Source: Nitrososphaerota archaeon (GTDB lineage Archaea > Thermoproteota > Nitrososphaeria > Nitrososphaerales > UBA57). Taken from it: 64,000 nucleotides of DNA. This document shows positions 55,979-64,000 of this stretch, piece by piece. Positions within the stretch are counted from its first letter, which is position 1; each line of letters opens with the position of its first letter. The stretch lies in the NCBI GenBank assembly GCA_016871995.1, contig VHBL01000003.1, positions 18,004-82,003 of the forward strand, in the 5' to 3' direction. Made by a program: the position numbers and the translations under genes. The notes under the pieces are model-generated. The model worked only from the letters and a program-made list of their open reading frames with translations, did not search any database and was not told the DNA's origin.

Positions 55979-56950
55979 TTAGTACACTGGTGTTACCCAG
56001 TCTTTGTGCCTTGAATCTTCGCCTATAACAGCCTTCAAGTACGATTCCCTAATCCTCTTCGTAACCTTACCCATAGATCCATTTCCTATAGTTCTCCGGT
56101 CGACCTCCACAATTGCTGTTACTTCCGCAGCCGTGCCAGTGAAGAAGACCTCATCGGCGGTGTATAACTCCGTTCTCGCAATATCCCTCTCCGCTACTTG
56201 AACTTCTAGCTCCTTTGATAGCTGTATTACTGAATCTCTTGTTATCCCTTCAAGTATTGACGATGAAGGTGAAGGTGTATACATTCTGCCATTTTTCACA
56301 ACGAAGATGTTTTCACCTGTACCTTCGCTTACATATCCCCTTTGATCTAACAGGATGGCATCGTCATATTCATTTCTTAGAGCATCTAGCTTTGAAAGCA
56401 CTGAATTGATGTAGTTGCCAGTAGCCTTTGCCTGAGGGGGAGTGGATTGATCACTGATCCTTCTCCATGAAGATATGCAGACCTTAAGTTCAGGCCTGTC
56501 GAAATACTTTCCATATGGAAAGGCCGCAATAGCATGTTGCAAAGGAAAACCCGTCCAATTTAGACCTATCCCTCCATATCCAACGAAGATTATTGGCCTT
56601 ATGTATGCGGACGTTTTAATCTTGTTTATCCTTAGCGTCTCTAAAACCGCATTGGCCATCTCTTTTGCCGAATACCTAGGCTCCATGTAATAGATTTTGG
56701 CTGAATACATGAGCCTCTTGATATGATCCTCAAGTCTGAATACTAACAGATTTCCGTCAGACGCATAGGCCCTTAGTCCTTCGAATACCCCGGTGCCATA
56801 GTGTAAGGCATGTGTTAGAACTGGAACCTTTGCCTCGCTCCATTTTACAAACTTCCCGTCTAACCATATGAATTCAGGTTCATCTATCGGCATGGAGCTC
56901 TGTCTCTGAAGGGGAAAGAAATGCGTAATGGGTTTATAAGAATATTTCAC
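55979..56950 (-). CDS. ilvE: Branched-chain amino acid aminotransferase
   Basis: HALHYGTGVFEGLRAY, EGTGENIF and TGTAAEV. The likely true start is MPIDEPEF at 56893. Confidence 0.85.
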   Translation of the reverse strand: MKYSYKPITHFFPLQRQSSMPIDEPEFIWLDGKFVKWSEAKVPVLTHALHYGTGVFEGLRAYASDGNLLVFRLEDHIKRLMYSAKIYYMEPRYSAKEMANAVLETLRINKIKTSAYIRPIIFVGYGGIGLNWTGFPLQHAIAAFPYGKYFDRPELKVCISSWRRISDQSTPPQAKATGNYINSVLSKLDALRNEYDDAILLDQRGYVSEGTGENIFVVKNGRMYTPSPSSSILEGITRDSVIQLSKELEVQVAERDIARTELYTADEVFFTGTAAEVTAIVEVDRRTIGNGSMGKVTKRIRESYLKAVIGEDSRHKDWVTPVY

Positions 56951-56962
56951 TATTCTAGAAAA

Positions 56963-57523
56963 CTATACCCTCATGAAATCAATCGAAATGGCTCTCTCCT
57001 CAACATAGCCGCATTCTTTACATTTTACCCTATCGTTTATTCTTACGACCGCTCCTCCACAGATGCTACATACAGACGTTAGGACTCCGTCCTTCTCATT
57101 CTCTAACGATAATTGTATTATTGCGTTTTTTGTGCTTATCACAGTGGCTCTAATCAAGTCTCCCGGCTTTGCAATTATTGATCTTCTCTCCCTTCTCTGA
57201 TACATGTCATGTTTTACCATTAGCATAGCAGTAAAGTTCGCGTTGCTTGGTTCTCCGTTTATGCGTGTAATTCTAATATTGGCTACACTCGGCTGCGCAG
57301 TCTCAACTACACCTTCAACGGTATTTCCCTTTAAAGGAAGGATTTGCTTCTTTACGGGGCTCCTTACAGTGACTTTTCTCTGCTTAAGATCGAACTCTGC
57401 CATCCCTAATGAAGATGCTCTTATGGATTCTCCGATGCTGTAAGTTCCTTCTCCGGGCTCAAACTCTTCGACAACTGCAAGTGCTTCCCCGGGAAGCGCT
57501 CGGCGCTCTTTCTTTAAACTCAT
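56963..57523 (-). CDS. csl4: Exosome complex RNA-binding protein Csl4
   Basis: ALPGEALAVVEEFEPGEGTY at the N-terminus, an S1-like core and the C-terminal zinc ribbon CSICGG...CKECG. Confidence 0.8.
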   Translation of the reverse strand: MSLKKERRALPGEALAVVEEFEPGEGTYSIGESIRASSLGMAEFDLKQRKVTVRSPVKKQILPLKGNTVEGVVETAQPSVANIRITRINGEPSNANFTAMLMVKHDMYQRRERRSIIAKPGDLIRATVISTKNAIIQLSLENEKDGVLTSVCSICGGAVVRINDRVKCKECGYVEERAISIDFMRV

Positions 57524-57625
57524 TAGCCGTGCGTTAATTTTGGTGCCTAATAAGCAATGCTTGCTATTTAGTTATCTGCACATGTTTGCTCTGCCTTTTT
57601 GTTCTTCCTTAATAGATCTCTATTA

Positions 57626-57796
57626 TCACGTCTCTACTTTCCGCCTAAAACTTGGGCTATAGGTACCATAAAGTTTCTTGCAACTAATGCAACGAACCCC
57701 AGCGTCATCGTGATACATAACCATGCCCCCACAAGAGCATACCCCGAATTCTGGCTTCTGCAGAACCTTTACCTCTTGAGCATATCGCGGTCTCAA
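57626..57796 (-). CDS. Possible 56-aa zinc-ribbon protein (below the ORF-track cutoff)
   Basis: My own translation gives (TTG)RPRYAQEVKVLQKPEFGVCSCGGMVMYHDDAGVRCISCKKLYGTYSPSFRRKVET, with C-x-C ... C-x2-C. The start codon is uncertain. Confidence 0.35.
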   Translation of the reverse strand: MRPRYAQEVKVLQKPEFGVCSCGGMVMYHDDAGVRCISCKKLYGTYSPSFRRKVET

Positions 57797-57931
57797 ACTT
57801 TCACCATTGCATAGACTATGGTGGCAATGTTTGATAAGGAACCCTCATGGAGAGAACGATCCAAACCGGTGGAACGGACGTCCACATTGTTTCATAGCGA
57901 ATTACAGGTCTCTTATTACTTAATGCTATAG

Positions 57932-58036
57932 TGCGGGGGGTGGGATTTGAACCCACGAACCGCTAACGGATAGGAGCCTCAGTCCTACGCCTTCACGAGC
58001 AGTTTGCTCTCTTTGACCTAGCTTGGCAACCCCCGC
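57932..58036 (-). tRNA. tRNA-Leu (anticodon GAG), class II, with an ~18-20-nt non-canonical intron in the D-arm
   Basis: The reverse complement is GCGGGGG TT GCC AAGCTAGGTCAAAG[AGAGCAAACTGCTCGTGA]AGGC G TAGGA CTGAGGC TCCTA TCCGTTAGCGGTTC GTGGG TTCAAAT CCCAC CCCCCGC A. It has a perfect 7-bp acceptor stem, a T-arm, a long variable arm and the anticodon loop CT-GAG-GC. Confidence 0.85.
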
Positions 58037-58116
58037 TCGACATACTTCGAGCCAAGGAATCTTATTTGCTTTTAAATATCTACGATATCTTTTTAGAAAT
58101 CTTAAACGTATTATTG

Positions 58117-59145
58117 ATGATGCAATTCTGGGTAACAGCGATCGTTGTTCTTTTGGTAATACCGTTCAGTTATGGACAGGCTTCGGAATGGAGTATTAAG
58201 GCTCCTATGCCCACTCCGAGGACTGAAAACGCGGCCGCATCAATAGGAAGCAGGATTTACGTCATTGGAGGGTTTGCTGCTAACGGACAAACCCTAAGCA
58301 CCGTGGAAGTTTATGATGCTGAGACTAACACTTGGAGCACCGTTCAGCCTTTACCAGTCGGCCTGCACCATATTGGAATAGCCTCGTTTAATGGCAAGTT
58401 GTATGTTGTTGGAGGATATCTCGAGGGCTGGGTCCCATCGAGCAGGCTTTACATTTACGATCCTGCTATGAACAGCTGGGCTAGGGGAAAGGACATGCCA
58501 ACTGCTAGAGGGGCGCTGACAGTTCAATTTGTGGAGGGGATATTGTACGCTGTTGGAGGTCAATCAGACAGAACATTAGGGACTAATGAAGCCTACGACC
58601 CTGTTGCGGAGACATGGACCGCAAAAGCTTCAATGCCGACACCAAGAGAGCATTTAGCCTCAGGAGTGGCTGAAGGGAAGATGTATGTTATGGGAGGGAG
58701 GCAGGGGAGCTTGGCAAGTAACATGGATGTAAACGAAGAGTATGATCCTAAACTTGATAGATGGAGCAGAAAGGCTCCCATGCCATCTAAAAGAGGAGGA
58801 ATAGTTGCTGCATCGGTAATGGGAATGATCTTTGTCTTTGGAGGAGAAGCAGTATCAGGAACATTCCCTAACAATGAACAGTACTTCTCCACAAACAATA
58901 CATGGAGGGTCAGGCAGCAGATGCCAACTTCCAGGCACGGCCTTTCAGCTGCAGTCGTGGGAAACCAGATATTTGTGATTGGAGGGGGAAGGAACCCTGG
59001 CTTGACGGTGAGTTCGCTTAACGAGTCATTTATTCCGACGGAGATAGTTCCAGAATTCCCCCCAGCGATATTACCTATCTTCGTAGCAATGCTTATAGCT
59101 TTGGTATTTGTGATAAGAAGACAGGTAGTTCAGAAAGCCAAATAA
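58117..59145 (+). CDS. Kelch-repeat beta-propeller protein, signal peptide and PEF-type C-terminal sorting/anchor signal
   Basis: The Kelch unit P.pR...a......kiYviGG recurs six times (e.g. RIYVIGG, KLYVVGG, ILYAVGG, KMYVMGG, MIFVFGG, QIFVIGG). The C-terminus is VPEFPPAILPIFVAMLIALVFVIRRQ. Confidence 0.8.
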   Translation: MMQFWVTAIVVLLVIPFSYGQASEWSIKAPMPTPRTENAAASIGSRIYVIGGFAANGQTLSTVEVYDAETNTWSTVQPLPVGLHHIGIASFNGKLYVVGGYLEGWVPSSRLYIYDPAMNSWARGKDMPTARGALTVQFVEGILYAVGGQSDRTLGTNEAYDPVAETWTAKASMPTPREHLASGVAEGKMYVMGGRQGSLASNMDVNEEYDPKLDRWSRKAPMPSKRGGIVAASVMGMIFVFGGEAVSGTFPNNEQYFSTNNTWRVRQQMPTSRHGLSAAVVGNQIFVIGGGRNPGLTVSSLNESFIPTEIVPEFPPAILPIFVAMLIALVFVIRRQVVQKAK

Positions 59146-59163
59146 TGCAGATGTTTTTGATTA

Positions 59164-59631
59164 ATGGAAATGTCGCAGGAACTACAAGTTGGAGACAGAG
59201 CACCTGATTTCACGCTTGAAAGTGATGTGGGGCAGAAAGTTTCTCTGAAGGATTTAAGAGGCAAACAGGTCATACTGTATTTCTATCCAAAAGACAACAC
59301 GCCAGGCTGCACAAAAGAGGCATGCAATTTTAGAGATTCTCTACAGAGCATAATCAACAAGGACACTGTAGTTTTTGGGGTGAGCAACGATAGTATTAAT
59401 TCTCATAAGACTTTCAAGCAAAAATATTATCTTAACTTTCCACTTCTCAGCGACCCTGACAAGGAGGTCTCAAAAGCTTACGGAGTCTACAAACTGAAGA
59501 ATTTGTATGGTATAAAGCACTGGGGCATAGAACGTTCAACTTTCCTTATCAACAAGGAAGGGAAGATCGCAAAGATATGGAGAAAGGTCAAGGTTGACGG
59601 TCATAGGGATGAAGTTATTCAGGCTCTGTGA
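59164..59631 (+). CDS. bcp: Peroxiredoxin (Bcp type)
   Basis: FYPKDNTPGCTKEAC is the active-site motif. Confidence 0.9.
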   Translation: MEMSQELQVGDRAPDFTLESDVGQKVSLKDLRGKQVILYFYPKDNTPGCTKEACNFRDSLQSIINKDTVVFGVSNDSINSHKTFKQKYYLNFPLLSDPDKEVSKAYGVYKLKNLYGIKHWGIERSTFLINKEGKIAKIWRKVKVDGHRDEVIQAL

Positions 59632-59669
59632 CTGCAAGGTTTTTCTTTAACGAATTCTAATTAAACGGT

Positions 59670-60056
59670 ATGAAGATAGTTCCAGTGCTTGGGGCATCGG
59701 TTCTTTTGGGGCTGATAGTACAGATTATTATCGGCTTTATCGGAGGAATATATTCATCGCTACACACCTTTCTAGGTTTTGCAGGGATAGCATTTGCCGT
59801 TCTGTTTGTCGTAATCGCACTCAGGAGTAAAAAGGCAACGAAGACATCAAGAATCACAATGCTAGTCTTCCTAGCTCTTGTGCTTTCTCAAACATATCTA
59901 GGCTTTACCGTGCTTACAACAAATACATTAAGAACCTCGCATTTGTATACCGCGTTTACGATCTTGATTGTAGCTATCGCAGCTGCAGGAATAACTGCGA
60001 GAAGAAGGCAACCCGCTACTCAAAACATGCGTACTGAAAGTTCGAACAATAATTAA
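59670..60056 (+). CDS. Four-TM membrane protein, unknown function
   Basis: 128 aa with four hydrophobic segments. Confidence 0.5.
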   Translation: MKIVPVLGASVLLGLIVQIIIGFIGGIYSSLHTFLGFAGIAFAVLFVVIALRSKKATKTSRITMLVFLALVLSQTYLGFTVLTTNTLRTSHLYTAFTILIVAIAAAGITARRRQPATQNMRTESSNNN

Positions 60057-60095
60057 TGGAAGGAATATAAGCCAAAGCTGAGGCACTTAAGAGAA

Positions 60096-60383
60096 ATGTC
60101 TAGCCCATACGAAGACGACGCAATAAGGCTAATCGCTTTAAGGAAGGAGCAGTTAAAAGAGCTAGAAGAGAAACTTCAGAAGGATCCTGGCTGGTTCTCT
60201 AAAAAGACGCTTACGAAGAAGATTAAGCAATACAAAAAGGACATAGAGTACCTCCAAACAGAAATCGAAAGGTACAGAAGGGCTGTGAGCTGGCTAAGAA
60301 AGACGGGAGAGTTTTCTGAAAGGGTGATGAAGGAGCATGTGCCCAAACCTGCTGAACAGGGCGAAGCTACAGCAGGGCATTAG
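60096..60383 (+). CDS. Small charged coiled-coil-like protein
   Basis: 95-aa ORF, no family recognised. Confidence 0.4.
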   Translation: MSSPYEDDAIRLIALRKEQLKELEEKLQKDPGWFSKKTLTKKIKQYKKDIEYLQTEIERYRRAVSWLRKTGEFSERVMKEHVPKPAEQGEATAGH

Positions 60384-60640
60384 TTATTTTCTTTAAGAAT
60401 CTTTTCGGTTTCCTTCTCTATCCACTTCTGGCCCGTTCCATATGCGGCCATATAGTTCGCAGCAACACCAATCCCCCAGAATACTATCGGAAAAATTGGC
60501 CATGGGAATCCTGCACCAGTAAGATACCAAAGGGCTACAAGTCCGGAATTGACAAGAACGTAAACTGCAAAATGGATTCAGAAACCATAGCGAGCCTCTG
60601 CAATCTTTCTTGCTCTTCTAACCCTCTCCTCCTCGCTCAC
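60380..60640 (-). pseudogene. 2TM-domain family small membrane protein with an in-frame TGA at 60578-60580
   Basis: My translation gives (GTG)SEEERVRRARKIAEARYGF*IHFAVYVLVNSGLVALWYLTGAGFPWPIFPIVFWGIGVAANYMAAYGTGQKWIEKE... as a single 87-codon frame. Confidence 0.55.
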
Positions 60641-60735
60641 GGCATATAATTGGAAAATTTAATTTAAATCCCTTTTTCTTCGGTTAAGGCATTTAGATAT
60701 ATACCCGACATATTTCATCTACAGCCAACATCGGC

Positions 60736-61353
60736 ATGTCCAAGGAAGAACAAAGGCGGCAGAAGAAGAAGGAAAGAATTGAGCGCAGGAGACAGGAGAT
60801 CGAAGCCAGAGCACGCTCAAAGGGCAGAAGGAAGGTGCTAACGATATTCGTAATTGCAGCTATCCTTGCAGGTTTCGGCTACGCCGTCTATGTAGCAGTC
60901 ACCAACAGCCCAAGCATAGGCCCTCTAAACTCTGCTCATTATCATGCTGACTGGGCGTTGTACATCAACGGGGCGCCCGTAACAATCAACCAAACAAAAT
61001 GGCAGCTAAAAAGCGAATATGTGCATATGGAAGGTGGAATTTCAACTATACATATGCATGCAGTCAATGTCCCACTAGAATACTTCTTTAACAGTCTAGG
61101 GATGAGACTAACAGAAACATCTTTAACATTCGATGGAACTACATATAACAACGAAGGAGACAAGAAAGTCAGAACGTTCGTCAATGGTAAGGAGGTCTCT
61201 GATTTGACAAAATATGTTCCAAAGAGCATGGACAAGATTTTGATCGTGTACGGGAATGAAACTGATGCCAAAATACAAGAGTACATTAAGACGGTGCCAG
61301 ATCTGGCAAAGTCTTTCGACCAGCCTCCACAAGCTCCAGCAGCAGGTAGATAA
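60736..61353 (+). CDS. Membrane-anchored protein with K/R-rich N-terminus and His-cluster ectodomain
   Basis: TM segment VLTIFVIAAILAGFGYAVYVAV, with His motifs SAHYH and TIHMHA. Confidence 0.55.
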   Translation: MSKEEQRRQKKKERIERRRQEIEARARSKGRRKVLTIFVIAAILAGFGYAVYVAVTNSPSIGPLNSAHYHADWALYINGAPVTINQTKWQLKSEYVHMEGGISTIHMHAVNVPLEYFFNSLGMRLTETSLTFDGTTYNNEGDKKVRTFVNGKEVSDLTKYVPKSMDKILIVYGNETDAKIQEYIKTVPDLAKSFDQPPQAPAAGR

Positions 61354-61377
61354 ACCAACTAATTCAATCTGCGAAAA

Positions 61378-61680
61378 TTAGTATAGATATGCGCGGAGAG
61401 GTTTTTCAGCCTCTGACATAACTTTATTCAGAGCTTCTTCAATATCGCTGGTGTAGAACCAAGTTTCTTCTCCTCCCGGGACATGCGCTTTCAGCGATCT
61501 ATCATAGACTTTCTCTGTCGCGTTGACAGTAAATTTATCACCTTTTTTTGTGACAAAAGTGAAACATTTCGAGCCTTCTCTCACGCTGCTGACCCTTATG
61601 CCTTCATCTGAATCAAGGCTCTGCATAATTTTTCGAAGCTCACTAGCACTTCTGATAAGCTTCTCCCTGTAAGGTTTCAA
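61378..61680 (-). CDS. Hypothetical protein
   Basis: 100-aa ORF, no family recognised. Confidence 0.4.
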   Translation of the reverse strand: MKPYREKLIRSASELRKIMQSLDSDEGIRVSSVREGSKCFTFVTKKGDKFTVNATEKVYDRSLKAHVPGGEETWFYTSDIEEALNKVMSEAEKPLRAYLY

Positions 61681-61847
61681 ACCCTATAGCCGGCTTTACA
61701 GCTCCTAGAAAAGCTATTTACTTGCCTAACTAGTTTGACAGTTAAATTGCTCTCTGGACAGCGTTTTGTTTCGGGTTTTGACTTCCAAAGTAACGAAAAG
61801 GCTTTTACCCAGTAGAAACAGATTTTTTATCAGTTTTTGGGTGAGCA

Positions 61848-63092
61848 GTGTTGAAGCTATCTGGAATTATCGGGTATTCGCTGAAAGCGATTCAAGAGAG
61901 AAAGCTAAGGTCGACCCTGACAATCTTAATGGTTGTAATAGGAGCGGCTCTGATTACAGCGCTGAATGGTCTGGGAGGAGGTTTTAACTTCTTTATCAAT
62001 GAACAATTCAGGTCTTTGGCGCCTGATGTGCTGACGATTACTCCTTCCCAGACTCTCCCCCAAGCAGGCCCTCCTATGCCGCAGGTAAGCCCGAAGGTGC
62101 CTCTGAACATCTTTACCGTAAATGCAATCCGCCCCATCTTGGGGGTAAAGGAGGTGATTCCGAGTTACCGGTCCTCCATAACTCTGATTTCTGGCGGCAA
62201 ATCTATTTCTACTGCAGTAGTAGGAATAGATTCATCAAAACTTCCTTTTGTGATACCAAGTATGGAATTTGAGGATGGTGGTATTGCAATCGATAGGGAT
62301 CCTACAGCGATGATCGTGGGATACAATATCGCACATCCTGCAGGCGAGTCTCAGCAGTTTGCGCAAGTTGGCAGTGTGGTTCGAGCGGAGGCTTCGATCG
62401 TGGAACAGATCGGGAATACCCAGAAACTTGTGATCGAAAGGAGAAGTTTCGTTGTCAGAGGTGTAATCAAGGAGACGGGTAATCTGCTCTACGACAATTC
62501 GGTTTCGATACCTCTTCAGTCAGCAAATTCCCTCTTGAAGAAATCAGGTGAATTTGACCAGATTTTTGTCGTGACAGAAAATGCAGACATGAATGCTTCT
62601 GTTGAGAGGGGAATAAGAGCCATTTACGGTAACAATATCGGAGTGACGACTCCTAGAGCAATTCAAGAAACACTCCGAAGCTTTATCACAGGCTTCAGTG
62701 TATTTTTGTTCAGCATCGGAGTAGTATCGATGCTTGTCGGATCTGTTGGCATAGTCACCACTCTGTTCACATCCGTGACAGAGAGAACCAGGGAGCTGGG
62801 CATTCTAAAAGCGATGGGTGCCACCGGCTGGGTCATCGTTCTCCTTATCTTGGCAGAATCCATGATTATAGGCGTGCTGGGAGGCACACTGGGAATTTTG
62901 TCTGGAATCTTCATGGGAGAACTCCTTACTCAAACTGCACAGTTTGGCGCGCAGAATCTTCGGCCCATCTTCACTTTCCAAGATTTAATATCTACATGGT
63001 TACTTGCCGTAGTCCTCAGCGTAATCGCTGGGACATACCCTGCATGGCGGGCATCCAGATTGACGGCAGTAGCGGCATTAAGGAAAGAGTAA
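61848..63092 (+). CDS. FtsX/MacB-type ABC transporter permease (no cognate ATPase adjacent)
   Basis: An N-terminal TM, a large ectodomain and the C-terminal FtsX-like region (RELGILKAMGATGW). Confidence 0.8.
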   Translation: MLKLSGIIGYSLKAIQERKLRSTLTILMVVIGAALITALNGLGGGFNFFINEQFRSLAPDVLTITPSQTLPQAGPPMPQVSPKVPLNIFTVNAIRPILGVKEVIPSYRSSITLISGGKSISTAVVGIDSSKLPFVIPSMEFEDGGIAIDRDPTAMIVGYNIAHPAGESQQFAQVGSVVRAEASIVEQIGNTQKLVIERRSFVVRGVIKETGNLLYDNSVSIPLQSANSLLKKSGEFDQIFVVTENADMNASVERGIRAIYGNNIGVTTPRAIQETLRSFITGFSVFLFSIGVVSMLVGSVGIVTTLFTSVTERTRELGILKAMGATGWVIVLLILAESMIIGVLGGTLGILSGIFMGELLTQTAQFGAQNLRPIFTFQDLISTWLLAVVLSVIAGTYPAWRASRLTAVAALRKE

Positions 63093-63177
63093 GTCTTACT
63101 TCCACTGAAAGAGCAAAAAGCCGACAAGTAAAGTTATTACCAAGACAGAAAGGTCGAAGCCTGCAGTTCTGTTGAAA

Positions 63178-64000
63178 ATGAACCTCCGCCTCTATGACAC
63201 ACTTTCAGGCAGGAAGAAGAATTTTGAACCTGTTCAAGGCAAAGTCAAAATGTTTGTCTGCGGTCCGACAGTCTACGACCATGCACATATTGGTCATGCC
63301 AGAACGTTTGTTTTCTATGATGTCTTGGCAAGATACCTCCAGAGTCTTGGATTCACAGTAACCTTCATAATGAATCTAACAGACATTGATGAAAAGATAT
63401 TCAACCGAGCCAAAAAAGAAAGCAAATCGCACAAAGAAATTTCGAGATATTATGCAGAAGAATTCAGGCAGGCTCTAAAGTCATTGAACATTAGGACAAT
63501 CAGCAGGCTGGAAAGTGCAAGCGACTATCTTGAAAGCGCGATCCTGCAGATCAAAGGAATGCTCGCAAATAAGAACGCTTATGCTGTTAATGGTAATGTG
63601 TATTTTGATACCTCCAGATTCTCCGACTATGGCAGGTTTTCGCACCAATCCCCGCTGGAGTTGAAGCTGAGAAGGATAGAACCATCTCCTGAAAAGAGGA
63701 ACCAGGCAGACTTCCTGCTCTGGAAGAAGTTCGATGAGTATCCTTATTGGGAGAGCCCATTCGGCAGGGGAAGACCCGGATGGCATATAGAGGACACGGC
63801 GATAGCCATCAGCAACCTTGGGCAGCAATACGATATTCATGGGGGAGGCATCGAACTTGTCTTCCCTCACCACGAAGCTGAGATAGCGCAGGCGGAAATG
63901 CTGACTGGGAAGAAGCCTTACGTCAAATACTGGGTTCATACTGGCCTGCTGAATGTTCAAGGAAGAAAGATGTCGAAATCTCTGGGCAATTATATTCTGG
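63178..64000 (+). CDS. cysS: Cysteinyl-tRNA synthetase, 5' part (runs off the window end)
   Basis: My translation from ATG 63178 gives MNLRLYDTLSGRKKNFEP...CGPTVYDHAHIGHARTF (HIGH motif) through ...GRKMSKSLGN (KMSKS). It is absent from the ORF track because there is no stop in the window. Confidence 0.9.
   Translation, partial: MNLRLYDTLSGRKKNFEPVQGKVKMFVCGPTVYDHAHIGHARTFVFYDVLARYLQSLGFTVTFIMNLTDIDEKIFNRAKKESKSHKEISRYYAEEFRQALKSLNIRTISRLESASDYLESAILQIKGMLANKNAYAVNGNVYFDTSRFSDYGRFSHQSPLELKLRRIEPSPEKRNQADFLLWKKFDEYPYWESPFGRGRPGWHIEDTAIAISNLGQQYDIHGGGIELVFPHHEAEIAQAEMLTGKKPYVKYWVHTGLLNVQGRKMSKSLGNYIL

Noticed and set aside
60578-60580. Selenocysteine reading of the in-frame TGA in the 2TM gene
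   Set aside because: The position aligns with an aromatic residue rather than Cys. There is no evident SECIS-like hairpin downstream. Sec machinery is not known to me in this lineage. It is kept only as a remote alternative.
63481-63960. 159-aa minus-strand ORF
   Set aside because: It is antisense to cysS, whose plus-strand translation carries HIGH and KMSKS motifs. cysS is missing from the ORF track only because it has no stop codon in the window.

Overview
Read by eye from the sequence and ORF track; no searches were run, so every family call is motif recognition. The window looks like an archaeal chromosome segment, most consistent with a Nitrososphaeria/Thaumarchaeota-like organism. Supporting evidence: an archaeal S13-S4-S11 block, exosome Csl4, a TFE-beta-like protein, a tRNA-Leu with a non-canonical intron, membrane-anchored PQQ-type propellers and a PEF-type C-terminal sorting signal. 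The background is about 40-45% G+C by hand counts. Layout: (1) ino1 and an IMPase-family gene are split by a GC-rich island of about 6.5 kb (1316-7780). The island is bounded by a perfect 17-bp direct repeat. It carries a TrmB regulator, a stand-alone B12-binding protein, fasciclin, membrane proteins and two broken genes, but no recognisable integrase. (2) 8-17 kb holds housekeeping genes (NUDIX, pyrF, MFS, an eL22-like small protein, TFE-beta-like, KsgA and other RNA/protein methyltransferases). (3) 18.8-24.8 kb holds three signal-less SBP-fold proteins, then a tight trpB2 / tryptophan 2,3-dioxygenase / MBL-hydrolase operon. (4) Next come YyaL, the ribosomal proteins, and a PQQ-like propeller with a 12-bp-period KEVx stalk repeat. 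(5) 32.5-50.5 kb is a glycan-biosynthesis island: glmS, ABC-2 exporter, NeuB-like synthase, a CMP-sugar cytidylyltransferase fused to a LarA-type nickel-pincer racemase/epimerase domain, a complete GDP-heptose pathway (hddC-hddA-gmhA-gmhB), glycosyltransferases, epimerase, PIG-L deacetylase and a methyltransferase. (6) 50.5-52.8 kb is a decayed tailed-provirus remnant (DNA methylase fragment, terminase large subunit with two frame breaks). (7) The rest holds a frameshifted second PQQ-like paralog, pheA, ilvE, csl4, tRNA-Leu(GAG), a Kelch propeller, bcp, a 2TM-family gene with an in-frame TGA, an FtsX-type permease and the 5' part of cysS. The strongest candidates for something undescribed are the NeuA::LarA fusion coupled to the heptose operon, the repeat-bounded GC-rich island with its TrmB/B12 pair, and the trpB2-kynA-MBL operon with adjacent orphan SBP-fold proteins.
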